A DNA stretch of 64,000 nt from Candidatus Poribacteria bacterium (GTDB lineage Bacteria; Poribacteria; WGA-4E; UBA9662), in assembly GCA_036339735.1 (NCBI GenBank), contig JAYZAL010000104.1, positions 70,833 through 134,832 of the forward strand, read 5' to 3'. Below are positions 1 to 10,423 of this stretch, piece after piece. Made by a program: the position numbers and the translations under genes. The first letter of the stretch is position 1; each line of letters starts with the position of its first letter. The notes below the pieces were generated by a model. The model worked only from the letters and a program-made list of their open reading frames with translations, did no database searches and was not told the origin of the DNA.

Positions 1-256
1 AGCCAAGAGAATGATAATAAACGGATTTGGAGGTATGGTCAACTTTGGTTTGATCAATTCAGCACAACAAGAACGTTTCCTTAAGCGAGTTCAACTTTGT
101 AAACCTTGGGTCAGCCTCGGAGACACACAATCGCTCGTAACCGCCGAAAATTTAGGTGGATTGATACCTGGAGGATATGATCGGATTCGGATGTCAGTTG
201 GTTTAGAATCAATCGATGATATCATTGCTGATATAGAACTTGCCTTAGGTAACTAA
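1..256 (+). CDS. C-terminal part of a Cys/Met-metabolism PLP-dependent enzyme (cystathionine gamma-synthase/lyase family), truncated by window start
   Basis: GFGGMVNF, VSLGDTQSL and IRMSVGLESIDDIIADIELAL motifs typical of MetB/MetC C-termini. Confidence 0.85.
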   Translation, partial: AKRMIINGFGGMVNFGLINSAQQERFLKRVQLCKPWVSLGDTQSLVTAENLGGLIPGGYDRIRMSVGLESIDDIIADIELALGN

Positions 257-376
257 CTTAATTGATTAAGCAAACGATTGGTAATAGCAAGCGTTTACTC
301 GGTGTTTGAATGTTGACAAATAATGAATTCCGTTAAGTTCAATGAAGGTATTACTATTTAAATTTAGGAGTAGCAG

Positions 377-1396
377 ATGGAGATTCGACAGGTCGTCGTT
401 ACAGATCAATTAGAAGTGGAATTACAGGCTAGCGAAATAAATACAGAAGGACTTGGTCCTGATGAAGCTATTATTACTACGGAATATAGCTACATTAGTA
501 CTGGAACCGAAATAGCTAATTATTCAGGCCGTGAACCCAAAGTATTTGAAGCTGATCAGTGGTGTACGTATCCATGGAGGTCAGGTTATGCAAATGTTGG
601 ATATGTAGAGGAAATTGGAGCAAATGTTAAGCGAATATCAGTGGGGGACAGGGTGTTCACTTATGGTAACCATGCATCTGTTCATCGCTATAATACCCAA
701 AGGTTAGCAGTTGTGGTCCCTGAGGAGATCGAATCTGGTATTGCTGCGGCATCTCGTATGGCTGGTGTTGCTATGACTGCGCCAATTATGAGTGAAATCG
801 CCAATGATCCATGGGTAATTGTTTTTGGTTTAGGTATGGTTGGTAATTTAGCAGCTCAAGCTTATAACATTTTAGGCTGCCGTGTAATTGGTGTTGATCC
901 AGTTCAGCAACGACGTTCAGTAGCGGAAAAATGCGGAATTTCATATACAGTAGGTGGTGAACCTGATGAAGTACAAGCACAAATCGAAAATATAACCAAT
1001 GGTGAACTCGGTAATATTACAGTCGATGCTGTCGGGCACAGCTCCGTCATAATGCAGTCGTTGAAAGCGACAGCTACATACGGCCAATTAGTAATTCTGG
1101 GAACACCGCGTGTCTCGGTAGAGGGCAATTTGACTGACCTACTATCGGAAACTCATTTACGTTGGATCACCATTAGAGGAGCACTAGAATGGTGTCTACC
1201 CATGTATCCAACCACTCGAAATGCTGAATCTCAATTCAGTAAGCAAAAAACGATCTTTGGGTGGTTGGCAACTAACCAACTCCAAATCGAGCCTCTTATC
1301 TCACATTGCCTAAAACCTGAGCATATCAAGCAAGCTTATGATGGTCTGTTTTACCAACCCGACGTTTATACTGGTGTCTTACTGGAGTGGAGCTAA
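377..1396 (+). CDS. Medium-chain dehydrogenase/reductase (zinc-binding alcohol dehydrogenase-like)
   Basis: ISTGTE, PWRSGYANVG GroES-like domain, GLGMVG Rossmann motif; AGGAG RBS upstream. Confidence 0.85.
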   Translation: MEIRQVVVTDQLEVELQASEINTEGLGPDEAIITTEYSYISTGTEIANYSGREPKVFEADQWCTYPWRSGYANVGYVEEIGANVKRISVGDRVFTYGNHASVHRYNTQRLAVVVPEEIESGIAAASRMAGVAMTAPIMSEIANDPWVIVFGLGMVGNLAAQAYNILGCRVIGVDPVQQRRSVAEKCGISYTVGGEPDEVQAQIENITNGELGNITVDAVGHSSVIMQSLKATATYGQLVILGTPRVSVEGNLTDLLSETHLRWITIRGALEWCLPMYPTTRNAESQFSKQKTIFGWLATNQLQIEPLISHCLKPEHIKQAYDGLFYQPDVYTGVLLEWS

Positions 1397-1685
1397 ATAA
1401 AAGAGTGTAAGCTAACACATTCAATACTTGATTTCTCGTAGTATTTATGACAAACAAAGGAATATATCAAGTCGATAAAGAAATCAACTTACGTTTCCAT
1501 TCATGACATCAAGTTGTCATAGCTGACGGGGCGAAACTAGAGCACAAAATTAAACAGTAATTGTTACATGTTATAAATCCATTCAAAAGAAATGATTAGT
1601 TTATGATTGATAAATTCAGCTGACTGAGCTAACAATCTAGCCAACAGGGTATGTTAAAATTTAAGGTAGTCGTCGAAAAGTAGAA

Positions 1686-2507
1686 TTAATCGCGCCCAAA
1701 TTCTGGTTTTTCGTTTCTAGGGTTGTCTACTGGGCCAAAAGCTTGCCACGCATTATTAAAGTAGCTTTTTTGATCTGCATTCATGAAAGAAAAAGCCTGA
1801 TCTGAGGGGCGACGAATTTCTTGACAGTGATAAATAGCCGATCTGTCATTATACTTGTAAAATAGGCCGTATCGAGGTTCATTATTCTGCCAAGTATTTG
1901 CACCATGTGCTAAGGTCTCGGTAAAAATAACTGCTGATCCCTTGGGTGATGCTATATTTTGTACAAGCGGGCCACCTACTTTGAATAGTTCTGCTCGGTC
2001 ATCTTCAGGTACACTGAAATCAGATTTGTGCGAGCCAGGGATACAAGCGAAGCCACCATCCTGCTCAGCGATATCCTGCAAAGTAAAAGATATCACCGTC
2101 AATCCGGTGAAAATGCGACTACCCCTCACGTAATAGCGGAAATTTACGCTTCCCCCAGCGTGTCCACCGTGCATTTCGAAGGGGGGACACCCTTTAGTTC
2201 TTACAAAGCTGTAAGCACTTTCCAGACGTAATTTAGAAGAGATGATTTCCTTTAAAACCGATATTGTTTTGGGATGGTCTATTAAACTTGTAAATGGATT
2301 CCCGGCATCTAGTAATGCACCAGTTGAAAACCATGTTCCATTGCTGTCGTAACCATCTGGAGTTTTATCCATAGGCTTCATGCGCTCTTTAATTTTTTCG
2401 ACTGCCAAGTCACACTCTTCCATAGTTAAAACGTTTTCGACTACTAAAAACCCTTGCAAATCGAAAAGGTACTTCTGGCGTTCTGTCATTTTTAGTTCAG
2501 TTGTCAT
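1686..2507 (-). CDS. PhyH-family Fe(II)/2-oxoglutarate dioxygenase-like protein with HxG instead of HxD
   Basis: YLFDLQGFLVVENVL, GGFACIPGSHK, FTETLAHG motifs; start placed at ATG 2507. Confidence 0.8.
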   Translation of the reverse strand: MTTELKMTERQKYLFDLQGFLVVENVLTMEECDLAVEKIKERMKPMDKTPDGYDSNGTWFSTGALLDAGNPFTSLIDHPKTISVLKEIISSKLRLESAYSFVRTKGCPPFEMHGGHAGGSVNFRYYVRGSRIFTGLTVISFTLQDIAEQDGGFACIPGSHKSDFSVPEDDRAELFKVGGPLVQNIASPKGSAVIFTETLAHGANTWQNNEPRYGLFYKYNDRSAIYHCQEIRRPSDQAFSFMNADQKSYFNNAWQAFGPVDNPRNEKPEFGRD

Positions 2508-2892
2508 AATCTTTTTCTCTTCATGTATTACTAAGTGATTGGCACTCAAACGAAGTTAATTAGCTCGGTCTTAGAGAGGAGACCTTATCATACTGAGAAA
2601 TAACCTTTTTGTAATCCCTCAAACTACAGAAAATTAGGCTGTAATTCCTAGAATTAAATAACAATTAGTGGTCTTTGTATGATTGGGCTAATTTTTGCTA
2701 GGTCTAGGCTCAGATTAGTTTTGAGATGGTAAAATTTCAGTAATTATAAATCAAAACTAGTTTTCTCGATACTATTAATGTGCTCTAACAAAACTGGGGC
2801 TAATTTGACAGTAAAGCTAACTCTTGTAAATTAAAACGAACGTTATCTTTGTTAAAATTTGGAAAAGATTCTTCTTTGTTTAGTGACTATAA

Positions 2893-2922
2893 AGAGCGCC
2901 TTACCTTTAGGTAAGGCGCTCT
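2893..2922 (-). terminator. Intrinsic terminator-like hairpin downstream of hsp20
   Basis: Perfect inverted repeat AGAGCGCCTTACC-TTTA-GGTAAGGCGCTCT about 45 nt after the hsp20 stop, with a short T-run on the minus strand. Confidence 0.75.
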
Positions 2923-2965
2923 GATCGATTACATCAACGCTGTATTAGATCGTTAGCTTTGTTTA

Positions 2966-3403
2966 CTAGGAAACTCGAATCTCGATTTCTTTTGGTTTAA
3001 CTGCTTCAGCTTTAGGAATAACTACGGTAAGTAAACCGTTAGTGAAGCCGGCTCGAGCCAAGTCGGTTTGTAGATTTGGTGGTAGTGAGATAGCTCGCTG
3101 AAAATTACCAAAACGGCGTTCTTTTCGATGAAATGTGGATTCTGAAACTTCGGTATCGACCTTTTCACCTTTGATTACTAACACATTATCGGTAATCGTT
3201 AGTTTAACCTGGTCTTCTGGCATACCAGCAACTTCTATGGTAATCTCGAACTCGTCATCATTTTCGATAATATCAAGTGCAGGCAACCAATCACTTTTTC
3301 CGTTATCTTGTTTAAAAGAGCTAAAGGCTAGTGGACTTTGAACAAAGAAATTATCGAATAAGCGGTCTATATCGGTTGTCTTCCAAAGGCTAAGTGTTTT
3401 CAT
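2966..3403 (-). CDS. Hsp20/alpha-crystallin small heat-shock protein
   Basis: WLPALDIIE, LVIKGEK, ERRFGNFQRAISLP, NGLLTVVIPK; AGGAG RBS. Confidence 0.95.
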   Translation of the reverse strand: MKTLSLWKTTDIDRLFDNFFVQSPLAFSSFKQDNGKSDWLPALDIIENDDEFEITIEVAGMPEDQVKLTITDNVLVIKGEKVDTEVSESTFHRKERRFGNFQRAISLPPNLQTDLARAGFTNGLLTVVIPKAEAVKPKEIEIRVS

Positions 3404-3472
3404 TGTATTTAATTACTCCTACTGGTGGTATTTTTTTGTAAAATCCGTTAACCGGACCATATCTTATCTATA

Positions 3473-3489
3473 AGCAGGAGATATGCCAA
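3473..3489 (-). promoter_or_regulatory. Putative sigma-54 (-24/-12) promoter of hsp20
   Basis: Minus strand TTGGCATATCTCCTGCT = GG-N10-GC, about 70 nt upstream of the hsp20 start. Confidence 0.7.
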
Positions 3490-4037
3490 AATTTTTCGCC
3501 CGATTTATGAAGAAAATGACTTTTCCTCATGTAATTAATGCTTAGATGAGATTGTAACCTGTCAGCTTATACCAAAAAAGAAAATGAGACTGCCAAAATG
3601 ACAGACCGAAAGTCCATTTCTAAACTCATGAAGTAAAAAAGTCTTATTGAAACTGCCTACCAAAGCGAGACTAAGGCTTTGATCGGTTTCATAATTATGT
3701 TTTCATGATTCGAAAACTCAGCCTCCAAAAATTCTTCTTTGCTCTTTAGCAAAAACGCCCTTACTTAACCGAAAACCAGCGTTTTTTCGATAGTTACTCA
3801 AAAAACGACTCCTATATAAGTAATTCAATATATGAACATTTGGAAAAACAAATGTTACCAATATCTAAATCTGGAGTTAGTGAATCATATCTCGTCGTTT
3901 AAAAATCTGATATCGCAACCTAAAATTACTTCAGCATTCTGAATTAAAATCAAAAATTATTTGGTCGATAGTTAAAAATCCAATTGGCTTCAGGTGTCAA
4001 TGATTAACCCTGATATTGCTTTCTGGGTAGATTCCTC

Positions 4038-4066
4038 TTGCCAAAAATGTGGACTTTTGATAAAAT
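4038..4066 (+). promoter_or_regulatory. Putative sigma-70 promoter
   Basis: TTGCCA-17nt-TAAAAT with TG extension, upstream of ORF 4174. Confidence 0.55.
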
Positions 4067-4173
4067 GAGTGCGTGGTAATCCGTAGTTGGAGCATCAGGT
4101 GTGTTTTTCATATTTAGTATTAAATCGCCTGACACGAAGACGAGATAGTCGGTTGTAGCAGAGGAGTCGGTAG

Positions 4174-4620
4174 ATGTCAGAAACAGTGCTTTGGGGAATT
4201 ACAGGTGTGAGCCTAGGTATTGCAGGTACCGTTGGTGTTTTTGTCTTGGTTATGTCGGCTCAATTGGCTAAAATGGGTCTTAGAATTCGCAATGAAGAAA
4301 AAGACCGGAAAAGACTAGTCCAAAATATGCAGGAAGCCACTCGGATTGGTGCGGCCTACGATGCGACAGTCGCAATTAGAAAGTTCATCGAAGAAGAACA
4401 AAAAAAACTACCAGAATTCTTCATCGAAACAGGAGATCCGGATGAGCCGTACATGGAATATGATCTAAATTTGGCACGCAGATGGATGAAACCAATTCGT
4501 ATTCTACTTGAACAAGAATTAGCTCATGGCCAGCATGTAGTTAGTGAATCTGCGGAATCAGGCGGAGAGCCAGCTCAAGATGACCCCGAAGGCGAGGGTA
4601 CAACTAACGACGATAGTTAG
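4174..4620 (+). CDS. Hypothetical single-pass membrane protein with acidic C-terminal tail
   Basis: N-terminal hydrophobic helix, GAGGAG RBS, 8-nt gap to next gene. Confidence 0.7.
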   Translation: MSETVLWGITGVSLGIAGTVGVFVLVMSAQLAKMGLRIRNEEKDRKRLVQNMQEATRIGAAYDATVAIRKFIEEEQKKLPEFFIETGDPDEPYMEYDLNLARRWMKPIRILLEQELAHGQHVVSESAESGGEPAQDDPEGEGTTNDDS

Positions 4621-4628
4621 AGTGAGAA

Positions 4629-6386
4629 ATGTCGGTTACGACCGATAATGTCGTTAGTGAACAGTGGGTCAAGCCCATTATTGGCCTATTAACGTCTATA
4701 CCTGATCAAACTGAATCGGTCTATGACGAAGTTATAGCTGAGCTTGGTCCCGTTGATTTTCATACCGACTGGATCCCTTTTGAGAGTACGACTTACTACC
4801 AAAAGGAAATGGGATCGAAGCTACAACGTCAGTTTATCAGCTTTTCGAATTTGATTGACCCTAGTCAGTTGGCAGATATCAAGTGTTTGACAAATCGCCT
4901 GGAGCAACGCTTTTCTCAGAACAAAAAAAGGCGATTTAATCTAGACCCTGGCTACCTAAGTTCAGCTAAACTAGTCCTCGCAACAACCAAAAATTTTGCT
5001 CATCGCATCTATCTTCACTCGGGCATTTTTGCAGAGATTACGCTTACCTACCGCGGCCGTAGATTCCATGCTCAGGAATGGACCTACCCAGATTATCGAA
5101 CACCTGTTTATTTGCAGATTTTTGAAAAAATTCGGCAGAAATATCTTAATCAGCTGAGTCAAATTTCCTCTCTGGATTCCACTGATCATAGCTATAGTAA
5201 CCGACGTTTGAATCTAATAGGAAAGACTCCTAAATATGCCATAGGTCTAATGTCTGGGACGTCGGCAGATGGTGTCGATGCGGCTCTGGTTTCAATTAAA
5301 GGAAGTGGAAAATCGACTCAAGCTGAGTTGATTTGTTCTATTTGCTATCCCTATCCAGTAGAATTACACCAACGTATTTTCAATTTATTCCAAACGGAGC
5401 AGAGTCGCGTAGACGAGCTATGCCAAGTTAATTTCTTGGTTGGTCAAATATTTGCTGAAGCCGCAACCAGAGTAGTAGAAATAGCTAATTTTGATCTGAA
5501 AAATATTGACTTTATCGGATCGCATGGGCAAACCATTTACCATCTGCCACCTACGGAAATAGGTACTGCCTCCACCTTGCAGATTGGTGAATCAGCCGTC
5601 ATCGCTAATCAGACTAACCTGCCTGTAGTATCCGACTTTCGTGTGGCAGATATTGCTCTAGGTGGCCATGGAGCTCCAGTAGTACCTTATGTTGACTTTT
5701 TGATTCACCACCAAGACGAAAAGTCGGTTGCATTACAAAATATAGGTGGCATCTCGAACGTAACATTCATTCCAAAGAATGCTGGGCCAGAAGACATCAT
5801 TGCGTTCGATTCGGGCCCAGGTAATATGATCATCGATGCCACTATTGAAATAGTCACCAATGGGCAGAAGAAATACGATGAGGATGGAATGATGGCTGAT
5901 CAAGGTCAAGTCAATCAAGGACTTTTGGATATATTATTAAAGCATCCTTACCTGAAGTTACCCCCTCCTAAATCAACAGGTCGAGAGTCCTTTGGTTGGG
6001 CTTTTGCCCAAAAAACCGTAGAGAGTGCTAAAAAATTAGGAATTTCGGATTGTGATCTTTTAGCAACAGTAACATTCTTCACAACCCAAACAATTGTTAA
6101 CCATTATCAAGATCATATCCCCTTTTTGATTGACGAAATCCGAGTTAGTGGTGGTGGCAGCCATAACCGAACATTAATGAAAAACTTATCCACATTAGCC
6201 GAAGCTATGTTTAAATCAGTATCAGTGATAGTTGATGAACAACCGGATGCGAAAGAAGCCATTGCTTTTGCCATTTTAGCCAATGAAACATTAGTCGGAC
6301 ACTGTAGTAACCTGCCAAATGTCACTGGTTCGATTCGCCCAACTATCTTGGGCAAAATTACCCCCGTACCTCACAAAATTCTATAA
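4629..6386 (+). CDS. anmK: DUF4416-like domain fused to anhydro-N-acetylmuramic acid kinase
   Basis: N-terminal TTYYQKEMG, RRFNLDPGY, LVLATTKNFAHRIYL, WTYPDY (DUF4416-like); C-terminal IGLMSGTSADGVDAAL, IGSHGQT, DFRVADIALGGHGAP, QNIGGISNVT, PPPKSTGRE, KEAIAFA (AnmK). Confidence 0.9.
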   Translation: MSVTTDNVVSEQWVKPIIGLLTSIPDQTESVYDEVIAELGPVDFHTDWIPFESTTYYQKEMGSKLQRQFISFSNLIDPSQLADIKCLTNRLEQRFSQNKKRRFNLDPGYLSSAKLVLATTKNFAHRIYLHSGIFAEITLTYRGRRFHAQEWTYPDYRTPVYLQIFEKIRQKYLNQLSQISSLDSTDHSYSNRRLNLIGKTPKYAIGLMSGTSADGVDAALVSIKGSGKSTQAELICSICYPYPVELHQRIFNLFQTEQSRVDELCQVNFLVGQIFAEAATRVVEIANFDLKNIDFIGSHGQTIYHLPPTEIGTASTLQIGESAVIANQTNLPVVSDFRVADIALGGHGAPVVPYVDFLIHHQDEKSVALQNIGGISNVTFIPKNAGPEDIIAFDSGPGNMIIDATIEIVTNGQKKYDEDGMMADQGQVNQGLLDILLKHPYLKLPPPKSTGRESFGWAFAQKTVESAKKLGISDCDLLATVTFFTTQTIVNHYQDHIPFLIDEIRVSGGGSHNRTLMKNLSTLAEAMFKSVSVIVDEQPDAKEAIAFAILANETLVGHCSNLPNVTGSIRPTILGKITPVPHKIL

Positions 6387-6413
6387 GGTTGAGAGAAACA
6401 AAAACAGGCCGGG

Positions 6414-7241
6414 CTATTCGGGATTTCTTAAGCGTTTTCTTATAGTCTGAAAACGTACCGAGTCAATTGAAGCGTATGAGACAACTGGCAATTTCTGGAT
6501 TTGCTGATTGACTCTGGTAACTCTTTCTCTAGTTCCTGGATGAGTAGAAAGTAACTTTTCAATTTTGGTAGTTTGACGCTTTTCAGTGCCCAATAACTTT
6601 TCAAAGAAGGTCATTATCCCATTTGGGTCTATGCCAGATGAGTGCATCTGTTGAACAGCTAACGTGTCTGCTTCACGCTCAGCCTCCCGGCCATACTGGA
6701 GTAACACACCAGAAGTTACAACTTTTGTCGCCAAGTTTTCTAGCTGGCTCTTATCCTTCCCCAATAGAAGTTGAGCCAAGGCAGCAAAGCCATACTGTTT
6801 AGTCAATTGCTTCATCCCGTGCCTACCGACTATGTGCCCAACCTCGTGTGAGATAACACCCGCAAGTTCAGCTTCGGTACTTGAAAATCGGATTAGCCCC
6901 AAATTGACGTATATGTAACCTCCAGGAATAGCAAAGGCGTTAATTGAGTCATCTTGAACCACTTTGAAATGATAAGTAATATTCGGACGGGCAGAATTCC
7001 TTACTAATACCTGTCCCAGCTGATTAATGTAATCCGAAATATGGGGGTCAACATAAATCTTTAACTCTTTTTCAATTTTAGCCGCGAATTCACTACCGAG
7101 TTTAATTTCTTCGGCATCACTGAAAATATTGATGTTAGCCAACTGATTAGCTAACCGCCCGCCACACCCCAACATTGAAAATAAACTGGCCCACAGAAGA
7201 AAAGATAATTGAGACCAATTTAAACTTGATCTAGATATCAC
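6414..7241 (-). CDS. M48-family zinc metalloprotease, probable lipoprotein
   Basis: INAFAIPGG, HEVGH (HExxH), EREAD, LSTHP; LGC lipobox-like motif. Confidence 0.9.
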   Translation of the reverse strand: MISRSSLNWSQLSFLLWASLFSMLGCGGRLANQLANINIFSDAEEIKLGSEFAAKIEKELKIYVDPHISDYINQLGQVLVRNSARPNITYHFKVVQDDSINAFAIPGGYIYVNLGLIRFSSTEAELAGVISHEVGHIVGRHGMKQLTKQYGFAALAQLLLGKDKSQLENLATKVVTSGVLLQYGREAEREADTLAVQQMHSSGIDPNGIMTFFEKLLGTEKRQTTKIEKLLSTHPGTRERVTRVNQQIQKLPVVSYASIDSVRFQTIRKRLRNPE

Positions 7242-8172
7242 GTGAGATAGCGCTATCTAAAATTTTGGAAATCAGCCGGTCATAGGAAATCCCTGAAGCT
7301 GCAGCCTGAGCGGGCAAGTCGCTAAGTTCAGTAAGCCCAGGGAGAGTGTTGACTTCCGTCACAAAGGGTTGGCCCAACTGATCTACGATCATATCAACTC
7401 GAGAGTAACCATGGCATCCAAGTGCTTGATGAGCACGTAGCGCAATTGACTTAGCTACTTGACTCACCTCATCCGACAATCGAGCAGGAATCACGAACTC
7501 GGTCAAGCCAGCGGTATACTTAGCTTGGTAGTCGTAGAACTCACGTTTTGGTATTAACTCTAAAATTGGCAAAGCCTGAAGATCAGCCCCTACACCAATT
7601 AATCCTACCGTGATTTCTTGACCCTGCACATACTTTTCAAAAAGATTATCCTTGAATACGCGATTTTTTTCTACTGCTCGATATATTTCATCGGATTCAT
7701 GAATAATCGAAACGCCTAAACTTGATCCTTCCGAAGCAGGCTTGATTACTAGTGGTAAACCAAGTTGCTCAATGGCATTTTGAGTTTGTGCTTTCAAGTT
7801 CTCTTCTAGATGAATTTTCAAATAGTCAGGCGTTGGGATCTGCATTGTACTAAAAATTTGCTTTGACATTATCTTGTTCATACCCAAAGCACTCGCCAAA
7901 ATACCTGACCCAGTATACGGAAGACCAAAATGACTGAGAATTGCCTGTATCGTTCCATCCTCATATCCTTTACCATGCAGGGCTAGAAAAACGGCATCGA
8001 CCTCTTCACTTATCAGCTGGGTAAGCCAGTCGTCTTTGACGAGATCTATTTCAATCACCTCATAACCTTGCCGTCGTAGTGAAGCAGAAACTCTTTGCCC
8101 AGAAAGAAGTGAAACTGAACGTTCCCCCGAGTTACCACCTAGTAAAACCCCCAACTTATTAAACAGGCGCAT
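7231..8172 (-). CDS. ddl: D-alanine--D-alanine ligase
   Basis: GGNSGERSVSL, ALHGKGYEDG, KPASEGSSLG, YDYQAKY, EVNTLPG. Confidence 0.95.
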   Translation of the reverse strand: MRLFNKLGVLLGGNSGERSVSLLSGQRVSASLRRQGYEVIEIDLVKDDWLTQLISEEVDAVFLALHGKGYEDGTIQAILSHFGLPYTGSGILASALGMNKIMSKQIFSTMQIPTPDYLKIHLEENLKAQTQNAIEQLGLPLVIKPASEGSSLGVSIIHESDEIYRAVEKNRVFKDNLFEKYVQGQEITVGLIGVGADLQALPILELIPKREFYDYQAKYTAGLTEFVIPARLSDEVSQVAKSIALRAHQALGCHGYSRVDMIVDQLGQPFVTEVNTLPGLTELSDLPAQAAASGISYDRLISKILDSAISRDI

Positions 8173-8201
8173 TTTCCTCTAGTACCAGTACTCAGAATTG
8201 A

Positions 8202-8684
8202 TTAAAAATCATCATCGACTAAAAAATCATCGAAATTGTAGTCAGCTAACTCATCAAAATCATCGTCCACACTGTCCTCATACAGTAGGTGCCCTGGGGG
8301 TAGTTCCAATTCTGGAACATCAATTTCTTTTGCTTCGTTCCATAAGCGTTCGAGATTGTAGAATTGGCGTACATCTTCTAAAAAAACATGGACGACGAAA
8401 TCTACGTAATCGATCAAAACCCAATCACTTTTCTTGTCGCCTTCTCGCCGCCATGGTTTCGTCCCCCGACTTTCTCTCAAATCTTCTACAATTTTTTCTG
8501 AAATGCTTTCTACTTGCCTGTCTGAACTTCCACTGCAGATAAGGAAAAAATTGGTAAAAGCATCTAAATGACGTAAGTCTAAAATACGAGTATTTTCGGC
8601 TCGACGTTCTTGGGCAGAAACAGCTGCGGATTTTACTATGTCAAGTGAATCTTCGGTGTTGGTCTGTTCAATCTTTTTTTGCAT
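8202..8684 (-). CDS. rsfS: Ribosome silencing factor RsfS (Iojap) with acidic C-terminal extension
   Basis: FLICSGSSDRQV, WVLIDYVDFVVHVF, RQFYNLERLW. Confidence 0.93.
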   Translation of the reverse strand: MQKKIEQTNTEDSLDIVKSAAVSAQERRAENTRILDLRHLDAFTNFFLICSGSSDRQVESISEKIVEDLRESRGTKPWRREGDKKSDWVLIDYVDFVVHVFLEDVRQFYNLERLWNEAKEIDVPELELPPGHLLYEDSVDDDFDELADYNFDDFLVDDDF

Positions 8685-8887
8685 TTTTTCTTTGGCTGAT
8701 TGCGTAAAATTGGCCGACGCACTCCATTTTTGGGTTAATATCCAAGAAGATTTATAACAAAATCAATTCTTAGATTATCCATTCACAGATAGTGCATATC
8801 TACCAAACTTCTGCTTTGAATAAAACCTTTTGGGCCGGCACATCCTACCAGAAAATCTCTACTACCGTCAAGTTTGTCTCAGATTTT

Positions 8888-9877
8888 CTAGGTGTCTGTT
8901 TTATAAACTGATTCGTGCAATCCTTTAATATAACCAAGGGCAAAAAGTCGACCAATCGAAGAATAACCCGGGTTGTCGTTGTCGTCGCCAGCCATAGTTG
9001 GTACATGATCGGGTCGCAGAACACCATCAAAGCCTATATCTCGGTAGGCTTCTAAGCAAGCATGCATATCAGTTTTTCCGTCGTCATGAAAAGTCTCTTG
9101 AAATTTTTCTGGTTGCCCAATGACATCTCGTAAATGAACAAAAAATATTTTTTGTTGGTTTCCAAAATACCGAATTACTGTAGGTAAATCATCAGTCATT
9201 AAAGTAAAGTTGCCCTGACAGAGTGTAATACCATTTACAGTACTTGGCACTATATCCAACAAGCGTTGAAAATTATCCGTACTCCGCATAATACGACCTA
9301 AACCACGAATCGGGGACAAGGGAGGGTCATCTGGGTGCATTGCGAGTTTGACATTTGCTTCTTCAGCCACTGGAACTACTTGCTCCAGAAAGTAAGTCAG
9401 GCTATCCCATAATTCATCTTCACTAAGACTTCCATGTTCTGTAAGAGGTGCGCCAATCATTTTTCTATGATCATAACCTGTGACTAGAGCTCCTCCACGA
9501 GAAACAAGGGCTTTATCTGTACGAACCCAGTTCAAGACAGGCATCCATTCATAACACCAAACCGGAATACCCAACTGGCCCATATTTCGAATTAGCTGGC
9601 AAACTGATTCAATCTCATCTTTTCTTCCGGGTCTGCCGAATTTAGCACGGTGGAGTGGTGGTCTGCTTTCTAAAACAGCGAACTCAAACCCACCATCTTC
9701 GTATGACCGTTTCAATCGTTCCAAAGACGAATAGGACCAAGGCAAATCATCAGGATTGTTTCCACTTAGCTGGTTTCCAAAATCCATTGTTCCAACTACG
9801 TGATCAACACCACATTGTTTAGCCATATCCCAAAGCCGATTTCGTTTCGGTGGCAAGATCTCCGCTATCTGGATCAT
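8888..9877 (-). CDS. uxuA: Mannonate dehydratase
   Basis: [49 protein letters not shown]. Confidence 0.9.
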   Translation of the reverse strand: MIQIAEILPPKRNRLWDMAKQCGVDHVVGTMDFGNQLSGNNPDDLPWSYSSLERLKRSYEDGGFEFAVLESRPPLHRAKFGRPGRKDEIESVCQLIRNMGQLGIPVWCYEWMPVLNWVRTDKALVSRGGALVTGYDHRKMIGAPLTEHGSLSEDELWDSLTYFLEQVVPVAEEANVKLAMHPDDPPLSPIRGLGRIMRSTDNFQRLLDIVPSTVNGITLCQGNFTLMTDDLPTVIRYFGNQQKIFFVHLRDVIGQPEKFQETFHDDGKTDMHACLEAYRDIGFDGVLRPDHVPTMAGDDNDNPGYSSIGRLFALGYIKGLHESVYKTDT

Positions 9878-10024
9878 GAATTCTACCTCAAAATTTCGAT
9901 TAGTCCTAGTTCATTTCATTGAATACAATCATTCCAAAGATCTTTGTATTACCACATTGAAAATGACTTTCAATTTGTGGCAAAATATGTATTCTGATCG
10001 GTTAGGAGAACAAATTTTAAATCG

Positions 10025-10423
10025 ATGGAAAAAATCACCACTACAACCAAACCTAATGGCTCTGGGCGTAACTGGTTAGAAGTAGGCCATTTCGTCGACG
10101 ATGAGTTTGGCCACTCTAATTGGATTAAAAAAGGCGATCCTAATCAGGATCGGCAATTGACTGTCAACCGTCTGCACAGCGACGGAGGGGCTACACTGGA
10201 TTGGATAATTTTGATCCCCGAAAACTATCAGTGGACAATAGTCAAAATTAATTACGATCGCTTGAATCCACGGAGCTATCAAATCTTGTGGCAACCAGCA
10301 GCATCATCTAAAACAGATCAATTAACCAAACCAGAGAAAATTAAGCGAATATACCAATTAGCTGCTGGAAACGAAGAACTTACGAATTTGCTCCACCAGT
10401 TGCTCCCTCAATCACCAGAGTAA
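10025..10423 (+). CDS. Hypothetical protein
   Basis: 132-aa ORF filling the gap, AGGAGA upstream; overlaps the rsmI 3' end by 44 nt; no recognised motif. Confidence 0.5.
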   Translation: MEKITTTTKPNGSGRNWLEVGHFVDDEFGHSNWIKKGDPNQDRQLTVNRLHSDGGATLDWIILIPENYQWTIVKINYDRLNPRSYQILWQPAASSKTDQLTKPEKIKRIYQLAAGNEELTNLLHQLLPQSPE

